Positions 8,537 to 21,381 are shown, counted from the stretch's first letter. The stretch: DNA of 64,000 nucleotides from Pseudomonadaceae bacterium (GCA_024236095.1 JACKLD010000013.1:142368-206367), one strand, 5' to 3'. The notes: generated from the sequence alone by a model not told the origin. Made by a program: numbers and translations.

Positions 8537-10207
8537 ATGAGCCTCAACTACATCCAAATGGCCGAAGCCGTCTCGAAAGAGAAGGATATCGATAAATCCG
8601 TCATCATCGACGCGATGGAACAGGCCATCCAGACCGCCGCCGCCAAAAAGCTGGCCAACGAGCTGCATCTGCAACCGTATGAACTGAGCGTGCAGGCCAG
8701 CATCGACCCCATTACCGGCGATGTGACCCTGAAGCGTCTCACCAAGGTGGTGCAAATGGTGATGGAACCCCTCAGCATTGAAGAGGCCCGCGCCGCCCGT
8801 CGCGAAGGCCGCGAGCCGGAAATGCGCCCCAGCTGCGACAAGCGCGGCTACCCGCTGACCCACAACGCCAACCAGATTTTGCTGAAGGAAGCGCAAAAAA
8901 CCAACCCGAAAGCGCAAATCGGCGACGTGATCGCCGAAGACCTCGCCAGCAAGTACTTCGATGGCCGCGTGGCCGCGCAGGCCGCCAAACAGGTTATTTT
9001 CCAGAAGCTGAAGGATGTGGACCGCGAGCGCGAAATGGAACGCTACAAAGACCAGGTCGGCACCATTGTGCAAGGCATCGTCAAGCGTGCCGACCACAAC
9101 GGCGCGCTGGTGGATTTGGGCGGTGCCGAAGCGTGGCTGCCCAAGGATGAAACCATCATGCGCGAGATGTTCAAGGCGAATGACCGCGTGCGTGCCTACA
9201 TCTACAAGGTGGCGCCGCAGTTCCGTGGCCCGCAAATCTTTCTTTCCCGCACCCACCCGCAGTTCTTGGTGGAGCTGTTCCGCGAGGCCGTGCCCGAAAT
9301 CGCCAACGGCACCATTGAAGTGATGGGCGCCGCCCGCGACCCGGGCTTCCGCGCCAAAATTGCGGTGAAGAGCTACGACTCCAACCTCGACCCGGTGGGC
9401 GCCTGCGTGGGTATCCGTGGCGTGCGCGTGCAAGCCGTGACCCAAGAGCTGCAAGGCGAGCGCGTCGATATCATCGAGTGGAGCCCCAACGCTGCCGAGT
9501 TCTTGGTGAAAGCCATGAAGCCCGCCGTGGTCTCCAAGGTGGTGCTGGATGAAGACGACAACCGTATTGAAGTAGTGGTGCCGGAAGACAACCTGAGCCT
9601 CGCCATCGGCCGTCGCGGACAAAACGTGCGTCTGGCCAGCATCCTCACCGGTTGGGACATCGACGTGATGACCGAAGCCGAAGAGGCCGACCGCCGCACC
9701 AAGGAATACAACGTGCTCAGCCAAAACCTGATGCAAAACCTCGACGTGGACGATGTGCTGGCCCGCCTGCTCATCGCCGAAGGCTTCCGCAGCATGGACG
9801 ATATCCTCAAAGTGACACCGGAAGAAATCGGTGCCATCGAAGGCCTGAACATGGACGTGGCCACCGAGCTGCAAACCCGTGCCAAGGCCGCGCTGGAGGC
9901 CGCCGCCGCCCACCTTGCCAAGCTGGGCGTCACCGAAGAGCTGAAAGCCATGCCCGGCATGACCGCCGACCTGGTGCTGGCGCTGGGTGAAAAAGGCATC
10001 AAGACCAAGGACGACCTTGGCGACTTGGCCGGTGACGAACTGCTGGAAATGCTGCCTCCCGGCTTGCTGAACGAAAAGCAGGCCAACAAGCTGATCATGG
10101 CCGCCCGGGCCCACTGGTTTGCCGAAGAAGAGGAAGACGAGGAGGATGAAGCCGCCGAAGCCGCCGCGCCTGCCGAAGCCAAACCGGCCGAGCCTGCGCA
10201 AGCCTAG
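8537..10207 (+). CDS. nusA: Transcription termination/antitermination factor NusA
   Basis: 556 aa; C-terminal part of listed ORF 8051..10207; RBS aaggaga; S1/KH domains (RDPGFRAKIAVKSYDSNLDPVGACVGIRGVRVQAVTQELQGERVDII) and an acidic C-terminus. Confidence 0.93.
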   Translation: MSLNYIQMAEAVSKEKDIDKSVIIDAMEQAIQTAAAKKLANELHLQPYELSVQASIDPITGDVTLKRLTKVVQMVMEPLSIEEARAARREGREPEMRPSCDKRGYPLTHNANQILLKEAQKTNPKAQIGDVIAEDLASKYFDGRVAAQAAKQVIFQKLKDVDREREMERYKDQVGTIVQGIVKRADHNGALVDLGGAEAWLPKDETIMREMFKANDRVRAYIYKVAPQFRGPQIFLSRTHPQFLVELFREAVPEIANGTIEVMGAARDPGFRAKIAVKSYDSNLDPVGACVGIRGVRVQAVTQELQGERVDIIEWSPNAAEFLVKAMKPAVVSKVVLDEDDNRIEVVVPEDNLSLAIGRRGQNVRLASILTGWDIDVMTEAEEADRRTKEYNVLSQNLMQNLDVDDVLARLLIAEGFRSMDDILKVTPEEIGAIEGLNMDVATELQTRAKAALEAAAAHLAKLGVTEELKAMPGMTADLVLALGEKGIKTKDDLGDLAGDELLEMLPPGLLNEKQANKLIMAARAHWFAEEEEDEEDEAAEAAAPAEAKPAEPAQA

Positions 10208-10227
10208 GTGTGCACCGCCTGCGACAG

Positions 10228-10252
10228 AAAGCCCCCGTGTGGGGCTTTTGTC
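10228..10252 (+). terminator. Hairpin plus T-run between nusA and infB (agcccc gtgt ggggct tttg); possible attenuator
   Basis: Read directly; 20 nt after the nusA stop. Confidence 0.35.
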
Positions 10253-10324
10253 TTGCCCTCCCTTGACATTATGCCCCCAAACAGGCACAACGCCGCTTGA
10301 ATAGGCAAAGACAAGGATGCGCGC

Positions 10325-12763
10325 ATGACCGACACCCCCAAGAAAACCCTGACCCTCGGCGGCACCCTCAGTGTGGGCGGTGGCGCGGGTGCGGGGCGTG
10401 CCGGGGGCGGTGTGGCGGTGGAAGTGCGCAAGCGCCGCTTCGATGCGCCCAGCCCGATGGCCAAGCCCACCCCTGCCAGCAGCGAAGAAATGTCCCGCCG
10501 CAGCGAAGCGCTGGAACAAGCCCAAAGCCAGCCCGCCGCGCCGCTTTCGGCCCGCGAGGAGGCCCTGCGCAAGGCCGCCCAACTGCAAGAGGAGCGCGCC
10601 CGCGAAGTTGCCGAGAAAGCCCGTGTCGCCGCCGAAGAACGCGCCCGCGCCGAAGAGGCCCGTGCCCAAGAGCGCGCCACCACCCGTGCCGGCAGCGGGG
10701 CGGGCGGCGTGCAGTCCGGCACGCTGGCCAGCGCCGCCAATACCCGCGCGGTGGATAGCCGTGACTTTACCCGCACCGCCAAGGCGCCTGCCGCCGATGA
10801 CCGCCGTGGCGCCAAACCCGGCAGCGGCAAGCCCGGTGCCAAGGGCGACGGCAAAAAGCGCGGCCGCAACGCCTACATGAGCGAGCTGGAAGACCGTTTC
10901 CGCAGCGGCGGCGGCAAACGCCGTGGCCGCCGTGGCGATAGCGACGGCACACCCGCTGCGCCCGCCGAAAAACTTTACCGCGAGGTTTCCATCCCCGAGT
11001 TCATCACCGTGGGTGAACTGGCCACCCGCATGGGTGAAAAAGCCGCCGATGTGGTGAAGCAATTGATGATGATGGGCGAAATGGTCACGGTCAACCAGAC
11101 TATCGACCAAGCCACCGCCGAAGTGATTGTCGGCGAAATGGGCCACACCCCCAAACTGGCGCAAACGGTCAATCTGGAAGACCAGTTGCTGGAAGGCGAA
11201 GATGCTGCCGGGCAGCTGCAACCGCGCGCCCCCATCGTCACCATCATGGGCCACGTCGACCATGGGAAAACCACCTTGTTGGACAGCATCCGCAAAGCCA
11301 ATGTCGTGGCGGGCGAGGCCGGCGGCATCACCCAGCACATCGGCGCCTATCAGGTCACCGCGCCGTCGGGCCGCCCCATCACCTTCCTCGATACCCCGGG
11401 CCACGCGGCCTTTACCGCCATGCGCGCCCGTGGCGCGCAGGTCACCGACGTGGTGATTCTGGTGGTGGCCGCCGATGACGGCGTGATGCCGCAAACCATC
11501 GAGGCCATCCAGCATGCCAAGGCCGCCGAAGTGCCGGTGGTGGTGGCCATCAACAAAATGGACAAGCCGGCCGCCAATCCGCAACGGGTGAAGAACGAAC
11601 TGCTTAGCCACGACCTGATTTTGGAAGAATTCGGCGGCACCGTGCCTGCCGTGCCGGTGTCGGCCCTGAAGGGCGACGGCCTTGGCGAACTGGAAGAAAT
11701 GGTGCTGCTGCAAACCGACGTGCTGGACTTAAAAGCCAACCCCGCCCGCCGCGCCGACGGCAGCGTGGTGGAAGCCAAGCTCGACAAGGGCCGCGGGCCG
11801 GTCGCTACGGTCATCGTGCAGCGCGGGACGTTACGCGTGGGCGATATCATCGTTTGTGGTTCGGTGTGGGGCCGCGTGCGCGCCCTGCTGAACGACAAGG
11901 GTGAAAACGTACAAGAGGCTGGCCCCTCCATGCCGGTGGCCATTTTGGGCCTGCAAAGCGTGCCGCAGGCGGGCGACCACTTTGTGGTGGCTGCCGATGA
12001 AAAGATTGCCAAAGAGGTGGCCGCCCAGCGCGAGCAGCAAGACCGCGAGCGCGCCCAGGCTGCCCGCAAGATGACGCTGGAAAACCTGATGGAACGCATG
12101 GGCAGCGGCGACGCCCAAGACCTCAACGTGATTGTGAAAGCCGACGTGCAGGGTAGCGTGGAAGCCATTTCTCACGCGCTGGGCCAACTGAATGCCGACC
12201 AGCAACAGGTGCGCGTCAAGGTCATTTCCGGCGGGGTCGGGGTGATTACCGAAACCGACGTCAATCTGGCCAGCGCCAGTGGCGCGCTGGTGGTGGGCTT
12301 TAATGTGCGCGCCGATGCCACCGCGCGCGAAAAAGCCGAACAGGCCGGCACCGAACTGCGCTATTACAGCATCATCTATAACCTGATTGACGACATCAAG
12401 GCGGCGATGAGCGGGCTGTTGGCCCCCAGCACCGTGGAAGAAGTGACGGGCCGCGTGCAAATCCGCCAAGTGTTCAAGTTCGACAAGCTGAAGATTGCGG
12501 GCTGTATGGTCACCGAGGGCGAAGTGAAGCGCGGCAGCAAAATCCGCCTCATCCGCGACGGCACCGTGGTGCACACCGGCGAGGTGGCCACCCTGCGCCG
12601 TGGCAAGGACGACGCCAAGGAAGTCAAACACGGCTTTGAATGCGGTATGACCTTTGTGAACTACACCGACTTCAACGAGGGTGATGAGGTGGAAGTGTTT
12701 GTGGTTAAGGAAATCAAACGGACGATTGATGACCTTAAGCAGGCGGCAGCGAAGCAGGGCTAA
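10325..12763 (+). CDS. infB: Translation initiation factor IF-2
   Basis: 812 aa; G-domain ([14 protein letters not shown]...DTPGHAAF...NKMD) and full C-terminal domains. Confidence 0.95.
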   Translation: MTDTPKKTLTLGGTLSVGGGAGAGRAGGGVAVEVRKRRFDAPSPMAKPTPASSEEMSRRSEALEQAQSQPAAPLSAREEALRKAAQLQEERAREVAEKARVAAEERARAEEARAQERATTRAGSGAGGVQSGTLASAANTRAVDSRDFTRTAKAPAADDRRGAKPGSGKPGAKGDGKKRGRNAYMSELEDRFRSGGGKRRGRRGDSDGTPAAPAEKLYREVSIPEFITVGELATRMGEKAADVVKQLMMMGEMVTVNQTIDQATAEVIVGEMGHTPKLAQTVNLEDQLLEGEDAAGQLQPRAPIVTIMGHVDHGKTTLLDSIRKANVVAGEAGGITQHIGAYQVTAPSGRPITFLDTPGHAAFTAMRARGAQVTDVVILVVAADDGVMPQTIEAIQHAKAAEVPVVVAINKMDKPAANPQRVKNELLSHDLILEEFGGTVPAVPVSALKGDGLGELEEMVLLQTDVLDLKANPARRADGSVVEAKLDKGRGPVATVIVQRGTLRVGDIIVCGSVWGRVRALLNDKGENVQEAGPSMPVAILGLQSVPQAGDHFVVAADEKIAKEVAAQREQQDRERAQAARKMTLENLMERMGSGDAQDLNVIVKADVQGSVEAISHALGQLNADQQQVRVKVISGGVGVITETDVNLASASGALVVGFNVRADATAREKAEQAGTELRYYSIIYNLIDDIKAAMSGLLAPSTVEEVTGRVQIRQVFKFDKLKIAGCMVTEGEVKRGSKIRLIRDGTVVHTGEVATLRRGKDDAKEVKHGFECGMTFVNYTDFNEGDEVEVFVVKEIKRTIDDLKQAAAKQG

Positions 12764-12792
12764 AGCTATTTAAATAATTGTTTGCATAGAGG

Positions 12793-12850
12793 CGTCATTC
12801 CCGCGAAAGCGGGAATCCAGCTTGTCTGGAACAACGCTTGCGTAATCCAG
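12793..12850 (+). repeat. dRS3/NIME-like intergenic repeat, copy 1: cgtcATTCCCgcgaaagcGGGAATccag (8-bp stem, GAAA loop) followed by ccagcttgtctggaacaacgcttgcgtaatccag
   Basis: ATTCCC-N8-GGGAAT at 12797-12816. The downstream 36-bp segment recurs at 18274-18309 with one mismatch, and bases 12793-12825 recur reverse-complemented at 35608-35640. Confidence 0.8.
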
Positions 12851-12893
12851 CTTTCTTCACATAAATCCCATGCAGATGTTTTTATAAACGGTT

Positions 12894-13331
12894 TTAGAGG
12901 TCTTTCTCCAATGCCCACAATTCGTCTGGCTTGTGCGGGTGTGGCCCGACAATCCGCCAGCCCAAATGCTCATAAAAGCCGATGGCGCTGCTGCCGATTG
13001 CCGTGCCCAACGTGGCCACGGTGTGCCCATGCCTGCGCAGCAGGGTGCAGGCATAAGCTTCCATCATCCGCCCTAAACCTAGGCCACGATTATTGTCGCG
13101 CAGGTAAAGGTTGTTGATATGGCCGGTCTCGACATTGATGGCGACCATGCCGATGGCTTGTCGGGCATGATCAGGGCTCTGCCATAACAAGGCGACGCTG
13201 GCGGCATCACGGCATTGATAGAAATGAAACAGGGAACTGAAATAGTCATCAAAGCTGTAACGGATTCCGTTTCGGACGATTATGTCAGGAGGAGTTGCTC
13301 CGCCATTGTCTTGATAAGTCTGTCGCTTCAT
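12894..13331 (-). CDS. GNAT-family N-acetyltransferase
   Basis: Acetyl-CoA-binding motif HINNLYLRDNNRGLGLGRMMEAYACTLLRRHGHTVATLG; ATG 13331 chosen over the listed start at 13472. Confidence 0.7.
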   Translation of the reverse strand: MKRQTYQDNGGATPPDIIVRNGIRYSFDDYFSSLFHFYQCRDAASVALLWQSPDHARQAIGMVAINVETGHINNLYLRDNNRGLGLGRMMEAYACTLLRRHGHTVATLGTAIGSSAIGFYEHLGWRIVGPHPHKPDELWALEKDL

Positions 13332-13477
13332 TTCCAGCGCGAGGGGGTAATCAGACGTTTGCAGGGGAAGGAATTGAAATGCCACGGTCTCAACATGGGA
13401 TGTGCGTGTGTCGGTTGCAAGTACCTTGCCCCCACCCATCCCATCCCCTACACTGCCGTCAAAAGAAAGCACCCCCC

Positions 13478-14389
13478 ATGGGCCTCTCCAAAGATCTGAA
13501 CTTCGCCTACTACCCCGGCTGCGCCGCCAAGCAGATTCAGAAAGAGGCCGACTGGTCGGCCCGCGCCATTGCCAAGCAGCTTGGCATCGGCCTGCATGAT
13601 ATGCCCAAAGCCACCTGCTGCGGCGCCGGCAACCTGCAAGAGCACGACCCCGCCGCCGCGCTGGCGCTCAATGCCCGCATTTTCTCGGAGGCCGAGGAGA
13701 TGGGCATGGACATCGTCACCATCTGTAACACCTGCCTGCAAACCTTCAGCTTTGCCAACCACCGTTTGACATCCGACCCCGAGCTGCGCGACCAAATCAA
13801 CCACGTGCTCAGGAAGGCGGGCGTGCGCCCCTACAACGGCACCATTGATGTGAAACACCTCACGTGGGTGCTGGTGGATGAAGTGGGCGAAACCAAACTG
13901 AAACAGCACATCAAAAACCCGCTGAACGGCCTGAAAGTGGCACCGTTTTACGGTTGCCACGCGCTGCGCCCGAATGAGGTCTTCCAGGGGCGCGGCGGCA
14001 CGGTGAACGGCCCCAAATATCTGGAAACCATCATCGCCACGCTGGGCGGCGAGAGCGTGGACTATTACGGCAAAGACAAATGCTGCGGCTTCCACACCAT
14101 GCTGGTGAACGAGAAGGAATTCCTCCACATGTCTGGCGGCCACAGTTTGGAGGCCAAGCAAAAAGGTGCCGACGTGATGGTGAGCCCCTGCACGCTATGC
14201 GATTTGGCGTTGGGCGCCTACCAGTCCCGCAGCGAAAAGGCCATGGGCACGCCCATCAACCTGCCGGAAATGAACGTGGCGCAACTGGTGGGTGCGGCAT
14301 TCGGGCTGGATGTCAAAACCCTCGGCCTGTACCGCCTGCACCAAGACCCGACGCCGGTGTTGAAACAGCATGGTGTGGATATCCGCTAA
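13478..14389 (+). CDS. CCG-domain Fe-S protein of the HdrB/GlpC/LutA superfamily (HdrB-like N-terminus YAYYPGC)
   Basis: Two Cys-rich CCG modules (YYPGCAAK...ATCCGAGN...CNTCLQTF and FYGCHALR...DKCCGFHT...SPCTLCD); ATG 13478 inside listed ORF 13295..14389. Confidence 0.8.
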   Translation: MGLSKDLNFAYYPGCAAKQIQKEADWSARAIAKQLGIGLHDMPKATCCGAGNLQEHDPAAALALNARIFSEAEEMGMDIVTICNTCLQTFSFANHRLTSDPELRDQINHVLRKAGVRPYNGTIDVKHLTWVLVDEVGETKLKQHIKNPLNGLKVAPFYGCHALRPNEVFQGRGGTVNGPKYLETIIATLGGESVDYYGKDKCCGFHTMLVNEKEFLHMSGGHSLEAKQKGADVMVSPCTLCDLALGAYQSRSEKAMGTPINLPEMNVAQLVGAAFGLDVKTLGLYRLHQDPTPVLKQHGVDIR

Positions 14390-14497
14390 GGTTATCCTTA
14401 CATTCATCTGAACCGCCGGAATATTTACCCGCGTTTAACTTGAAGCGCCGCGCTGCCGCCATTACCATGCTGCCATTATCAACGGGAGGCTTCCAAT

Positions 14498-16051
14498 ATG
14501 TTCAAACCCACAACGCATCTGGCTTTGGCGTGTACTCTGGCTTTGGCCGCCTGCGCGCAAAACCCCGCTACCGGCGGCAGCAATTTCAACCTGATCAGCG
14601 ATTCTCAAGCCCGCGCGCTGGGCGAAGCCAGCGCCAACAGCGAATTGAAACGCTACGGCCTTTACAACCCCGCAAGCGGGGCGACCAAATATGTCACAAG
14701 CCTGTGCAACAAGCTGTATGCCAGCACCGAGGTGGCCAGCGAGCCGGTGAGCTGCATCTTGTTGGACAGCGATGTTTACAACGCGTGGGCGACACCCGGA
14801 TACATCAACGTGTACCGCGGCTTCCTGCCCTACGTCTCATCCGAGGCCGAACTGGCCGCCGTGCTGGGGCATGAGGCGGGCCATATTGCGGCTCGCCATA
14901 TCCATCAAGGCGTCAGCAACCAAACCATCGCGGGCCTGATTGTCGGATTGGCGGGTGTGTACGCGGGCTCGCGCATGAACGACGGCACCGCCGCCGCCGT
15001 CACCCAATTGGGCGGGTTGGCCGCAGGGGCCACATTGGCCAGCTTTTCCCGTGGCGACGAACTGGAGGCCGACAAACTCGGCCAACGCTACATGCAGCGC
15101 GCGGGGTATGACCCGCGTGAGTCGGCCAACATGATCGACGCCATGCTGGCGCACGAAACCTACGCCCGTGCCTACCAAACCGCCGTGACCGGCAAGCCGT
15201 CGTCCGGCGGTGGCTTGGCGCGCTTGTTCTCCAGCCACCCGCCAAGCCCCGAGCGCTACCAGCAGGCGGTGGGCAGCTACGGCGCGCCCAACGGCAGCGT
15301 CACCTTGCCACAGGGCGTGCAGCCCGCCACCACGGCCTCCGATCCGCAGGGCCGTGTACGCTATCTTACCGCCATCGATGGACTGGCCTACGGTCCCAAA
15401 GCCGCATGGGGCGTGGCCGGACGCAACCACCTCACCTTGCCCAAGGCGCGGGTGAGGGTGGCCATCCCCGATGGTTTTGCGCTGATGTACCAGGAAGGTG
15501 AGGAGAAACCGCAAGACGGCGCATGGCTGGGCCGCAACCCGTCGACCGGGATGAAAATGGAAGTGCGCAGCACCGCTTACACCCCCGGCCAAAACGTCGC
15601 CAACCTTGCCACCCAGCTGATTGAAGGCGCCAACGCCGCCACCGTGCAACGCGTGCAGCTTGCCAGCGGGGGAGAAGCCTACACCGGCACCGCCACGGTC
15701 TTTACCTCGCCCGTGGTGGGTCGTTGGCTGGCCATCGGCGTTCCCGAGGCCAAGCGCTTGGTGGTGGTGGGCTTCGGCTTCCCCGACAAAGCCGCCCAAG
15801 TCCGCTTGGAACCGGCGCTGATGCAAACCCTCACCCAAACCCGCGTGCTGACCGCCGCCCAAGCCAACGCCGTGCGTCCGCTGGAAATCGACGTGAAAAC
15901 CTACCGTGGCGAAAGCCTCGCCAGCTTGGCCGAAGCCCTCCCCTCCGGCGTGTTGCGGCAAGAGTGGTTCCGCGCCCTCAACGGCCTCACCGGCACCGAA
16001 ACGCTGGCCAAGGGGCAGCTGTATAAAACGGTGATCGATCCGAACCGTTAA
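14498..16051 (+). CDS. M48-family zinc metallopeptidase lipoprotein (BepA/YfgC-like)
   Basis: Lipobox LALAACAQ; HEAGH...E zinc motif (AAVLGHEAGHIAARH...GDELEADKLG); long C-terminal extension. Confidence 0.85.
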   Translation: MFKPTTHLALACTLALAACAQNPATGGSNFNLISDSQARALGEASANSELKRYGLYNPASGATKYVTSLCNKLYASTEVASEPVSCILLDSDVYNAWATPGYINVYRGFLPYVSSEAELAAVLGHEAGHIAARHIHQGVSNQTIAGLIVGLAGVYAGSRMNDGTAAAVTQLGGLAAGATLASFSRGDELEADKLGQRYMQRAGYDPRESANMIDAMLAHETYARAYQTAVTGKPSSGGGLARLFSSHPPSPERYQQAVGSYGAPNGSVTLPQGVQPATTASDPQGRVRYLTAIDGLAYGPKAAWGVAGRNHLTLPKARVRVAIPDGFALMYQEGEEKPQDGAWLGRNPSTGMKMEVRSTAYTPGQNVANLATQLIEGANAATVQRVQLASGGEAYTGTATVFTSPVVGRWLAIGVPEAKRLVVVGFGFPDKAAQVRLEPALMQTLTQTRVLTAAQANAVRPLEIDVKTYRGESLASLAEALPSGVLRQEWFRALNGLTGTETLAKGQLYKTVIDPNR

Positions 16052-17184
16052 CGGCCAGCCAACTTCGGCGCCGGGTTTTGGGCCCACTGGCGGTAGAAGT
16101 CGATAGCTTCGCGGGCAATCTCATCGGCACGCGCCAACCGTGCGCGTAGCGCGGCGTCCGGCGCCATGCAGGCGTCCACATCCAGCCGCTTGCGCCAGTC
16201 TCCTTGTGCATTGTCGGTTACGCGTGCAAACTCCTTCTCCGAATGTGTCACGGCGGTGCGCCACAGCGTCTCGTCAGTGGGGCTGGTTTCACCCAGCGCC
16301 AACAATTGCCGACGTGCAACATCAAGGTTCTTGAACGCCAAAGCTGTCATGACAAAGGCTTGTGTCTGGTCATAATATCCCATCTGGCCATCACGGATCA
16401 GTTCTAACACTTCACGACGCGGTGTTTCTTTCAGTCCGACAACTTCTTCATCTGGGTCTTGGCGTTTGGCCTCAAAATGCCCGTCAAACGAGGTTTTCAT
16501 CGCATCAATCTCGGCCTGGTTTGCAACATAAACCTCAAAGTCGGACGTAACCAGATAACGCCCGCGCGAATCACTCTCACGCCATTCGCGCACGCTCACC
16601 AGCTTGAACAGACGCGTTTCATCAAAGGAAAAAGTCCCAATTTCTTCCCCGCTTTCACGCAAGGCCATGCGGCGGGTGTCTCCCTTGTCGGCATCGGTGC
16701 CTTGGCCACCCAGAACACCTATTTTCCCTTTGTTGTAAGGGTCACCTTTTACGGCCAGCAGGTGGGCGTAGTCGTTGTCGGCGTTTAACACAATCAGGCC
16801 GCCGGCGGTTTGGCCCCAGCCGTCCATGCCACCTTTGAAGGTGCTGCGGAAATCCAACCCAAGCCAAACTTTCAGCACGGCATCCACTACTTTGCCACGT
16901 TGCTCGTAAGCTTGCGGCAGTGAGCCTTCAGGAAAACGCCCGCGTTGCTCAAACATGCTGGCAGGATTGGCAAAGCCGCGTAGCTCTTCGGGCATATAAG
17001 GCTTGATTTTTTCAAAGAATCCACAGAAGTCGCCATAAGGCTTGGCCGGATTGTCAAACGCCACACCAAAACGCTTCATGTTGGCAGAAAACGCGACCAC
17101 GCGCGGGTCATTGGCGGGCGTGGCAGGCAGCACTTTCATGTCGCCTTTCAATTGGATGCGTTCAGCACGAATGTTCGGGCGCAT
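16048..17184 (-). CDS. Uncharacterized protein with a central Nudix-box-like segment (ALRESGEEIG) flanked by unknown N- and C-terminal domains
   Basis: 378 aa ORF with good coding appearance; GGQGTDADKGDTRRMALRESGEEIG aligns to the MutT box GX5EX7REUXEEXGU with a 2-residue insertion. Confidence 0.65.
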   Translation of the reverse strand: MRPNIRAERIQLKGDMKVLPATPANDPRVVAFSANMKRFGVAFDNPAKPYGDFCGFFEKIKPYMPEELRGFANPASMFEQRGRFPEGSLPQAYEQRGKVVDAVLKVWLGLDFRSTFKGGMDGWGQTAGGLIVLNADNDYAHLLAVKGDPYNKGKIGVLGGQGTDADKGDTRRMALRESGEEIGTFSFDETRLFKLVSVREWRESDSRGRYLVTSDFEVYVANQAEIDAMKTSFDGHFEAKRQDPDEEVVGLKETPRREVLELIRDGQMGYYDQTQAFVMTALAFKNLDVARRQLLALGETSPTDETLWRTAVTHSEKEFARVTDNAQGDWRKRLDVDACMAPDAALRARLARADEIAREAIDFYRQWAQNPAPKLAGR

Positions 17185-17230
17185 AGGGTGAGTCCTCCAT
17201 AGGTTTGAGTGTTACTTGGCGTCATTATAG

Positions 17231-18265
<1,035 letters not shown>

Positions 18266-18271
18266 CGTGGG

Positions 18272-18309
18272 GATCCAGCTTGCCTGGAACAACGCTTGCG
18301 TAATCCAGA
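18272..18309 (+). repeat. dRS3/NIME-like repeat, copy 2 (ggatccagcttgcctggaacaacgcttgcgtaatccag), immediately after the mdh stop
   Basis: 35 of 36 identical to 12815-12850. Confidence 0.75.
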
Positions 18310-18698
18310 AACAGGAGAACGTGCCTTCAAAGTCAATCCTGCCCTGTTGAAGCAAGACGGCGGCGGCAACGCCCCGCCGCGCGTGCCGCCCGACTGGCCG
18401 CCGCGTCGTGATGACCCGCCCTTTGACGGAGCGCGGCGGTGGAGTGGGTTTTCGCCTACGCAAAAGCTTGCGCTTTCATTGTATGGATTTGCAGTATCCA
18501 CCTCGCTGATATCTGTCGAAAATGGCGTCTCGCAGAGTTTGGGGAATGATATGACATCGGCTATCGGTATCTTCGGGATGGCCGCAACGGGCCTTTTGGC
18601 GGCGGTTTCATCGGCAGAATGTGCGGCTGACATTGTGGCCAACCGCAAGTGGACGTCTATCGGAAAAAACGGAAAAGCACCAAATCAGGAGAGATGAC

Positions 18699-19319
18699 AT
18701 GCACATCACCCTCATCACCGGCTCCCACCGCCCCACCGGCAACAGCGGCCGTATCGGGCGTTTTATCGAGCAGCAGATTCAGGCCGATGGCCACACCACC
18801 AATCTGATTGACCTTGCCACCACCGACCTGCCGTTTTGGGACGAAGGGATGTGGGGTGCCGACGGCCTGAAAGACAAATGGGCCGAGGTGTGGCAACCCC
18901 ACGCCGAAGTGTTGCAGAAGTCCGACGGTGTCGTGGTGGTCTGCCCCGAGTACGCGGGCATGGCCTCCAGCAAGCTGAAGAACGTTTTGCTGCTGTGCAG
19001 TGCGCAAGAGCTTGGCCACAAGGCGGGCTTTTTGGTCACCGTCAGTTCCGGCGTGGGAGGGGCTTACCCTGTGGCCGAACTGAAGGCGCATGCCGTCAAG
19101 AACAACAAGCTGGTGTGGACGCCCGAGCATCTGATTGTGCGCAGCGCCGACCACATGTTCACCGATAACCCGCCCGCCGAACACGCCAAGTCGGATGCGT
19201 ACCTCCGCAGCCGCCTTACCTTCGCGTTAGGGGTTTTCTATCAGTACGCCGAGGCCTTGACCGCCATGCGTGCTAAGGACGGCAAGCTGCACGATGATGC
19301 CTTTCCGTTCGGCATGTAG
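18699..19319 (+). CDS. NADPH-dependent FMN reductase-family flavoprotein
   Basis: MHITLITGSHRPTGNSGRIGRFIEQ... flavodoxin-like fold; RBS caggagag; ATG 18699 inside listed ORF 18621..19319. Confidence 0.8.
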   Translation: MHITLITGSHRPTGNSGRIGRFIEQQIQADGHTTNLIDLATTDLPFWDEGMWGADGLKDKWAEVWQPHAEVLQKSDGVVVVCPEYAGMASSKLKNVLLLCSAQELGHKAGFLVTVSSGVGGAYPVAELKAHAVKNNKLVWTPEHLIVRSADHMFTDNPPAEHAKSDAYLRSRLTFALGVFYQYAEALTAMRAKDGKLHDDAFPFGM

Positions 19320-19503
19320 GCTTGCCTGTTTTGGTGAATACCCCCTAAATCAACACCATGCCGAACGAGGTTTTCTGGCAAGTATTGATGGTCGGGCTGC
19401 TGATGAAACTTGGCGTCGCGCTGTTCGATACCCCCTTCATGTACCTGTCCAAACGGATTACGCCGTTGGATTTGAAGGCTTAGTATTCTTGGGAAATTAA
19501 GCC

Positions 19504-19710
19504 CTAGCGACCTTCCGGGGCATGAACAACCTGCATCTGGTAATGGCCAGCATCATCCCGGCTGAAACCAATCGTATAGCCCCCACATTTCAGGTTTGTG
19601 CGTCGACCGCCTAAGTCAACGGCTTTGTCAGACACCATACGCCCCAAGTACAAAGCAGCTTCCGGAGAAACGTTGGCGGTAGCTTTCAAAAGACTGAGAC
19701 GCAAATCCAT
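19504..19710 (-). CDS. Hypothetical small protein (68 aa)
   Basis: ORF only; local GC is lower than surroundings; no recognisable motif. Confidence 0.3.
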   Translation of the reverse strand: MDLRLSLLKATANVSPEAALYLGRMVSDKAVDLGGRRTNLKCGGYTIGFSRDDAGHYQMQVVHAPEGR

Positions 19711-19841
19711 GGGGAGACTCCTTCATTCGGTTACCAGAGTGTTATGGGGCATCCCCAACAAAATGCAACCCTCATCATCACATTACCTTTGCAACAAGAG
19801 GCTACGGGCTTACAGTGCGGCCATAACAAGGAGCGCCCGCC

Positions 19842-21002
<1,161 letters not shown>

Positions 21003-21016
21003 GAAGGGATGTGGCA

Positions 21017-21334
21017 ATGAAAGCATTGATATTGGTAATTAGCTCACTTGTAATTATTGGGTGTACGACTACGGAAACCACTCTTTTTACGATGGGGCCG
21101 AATGAGGCTGTTCGCGTGATGGAAGGAGACGGGAGTATCACGAGAGGGGCTGACGGCAAAGATGCATTTAGTTTTTATGCGCCTGCAGAATATATGAGTG
21201 ATGAGAAAAACATCAACGTCTCAGTTGGGAATTGGTTGGGTAAAAACGACTACTGTAAAAAAGGCTTTTTGATTAGTAAAATCGATAGAACAATGAGCAA
21301 AAGTTACGTTTTGGTAATGGGGAAATGTAAGTAG
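21017..21334 (+). CDS. Small lipoprotein (105 aa), strongly AT-rich relative to the genome; likely horizontally acquired
   Basis: [16 protein letters not shown] lipobox; about 40% GC versus roughly 60-65% for the window; lies between sucC and sucD. Confidence 0.55.
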   Translation: MKALILVISSLVIIGCTTTETTLFTMGPNEAVRVMEGDGSITRGADGKDAFSFYAPAEYMSDEKNINVSVGNWLGKNDYCKKGFLISKIDRTMSKSYVLVMGKCK

Positions 21335-21381
21335 TTAGTCCTACTAAGAAAGCCCGCCATGAACCCGATCCCCACCCCACC

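Noticed and set aside
8504-11713. 1069-aa minus-strand ORF
   Set aside because: Antisense shadow of nusA/infB; no motifs; Gly/His/Ala-rich.
14837-16087. 416-aa minus-strand ORF
   Set aside because: Antisense of the M48 peptidase gene, which has the HEAGH zinc motif and a lipoprotein signal on the plus strand.
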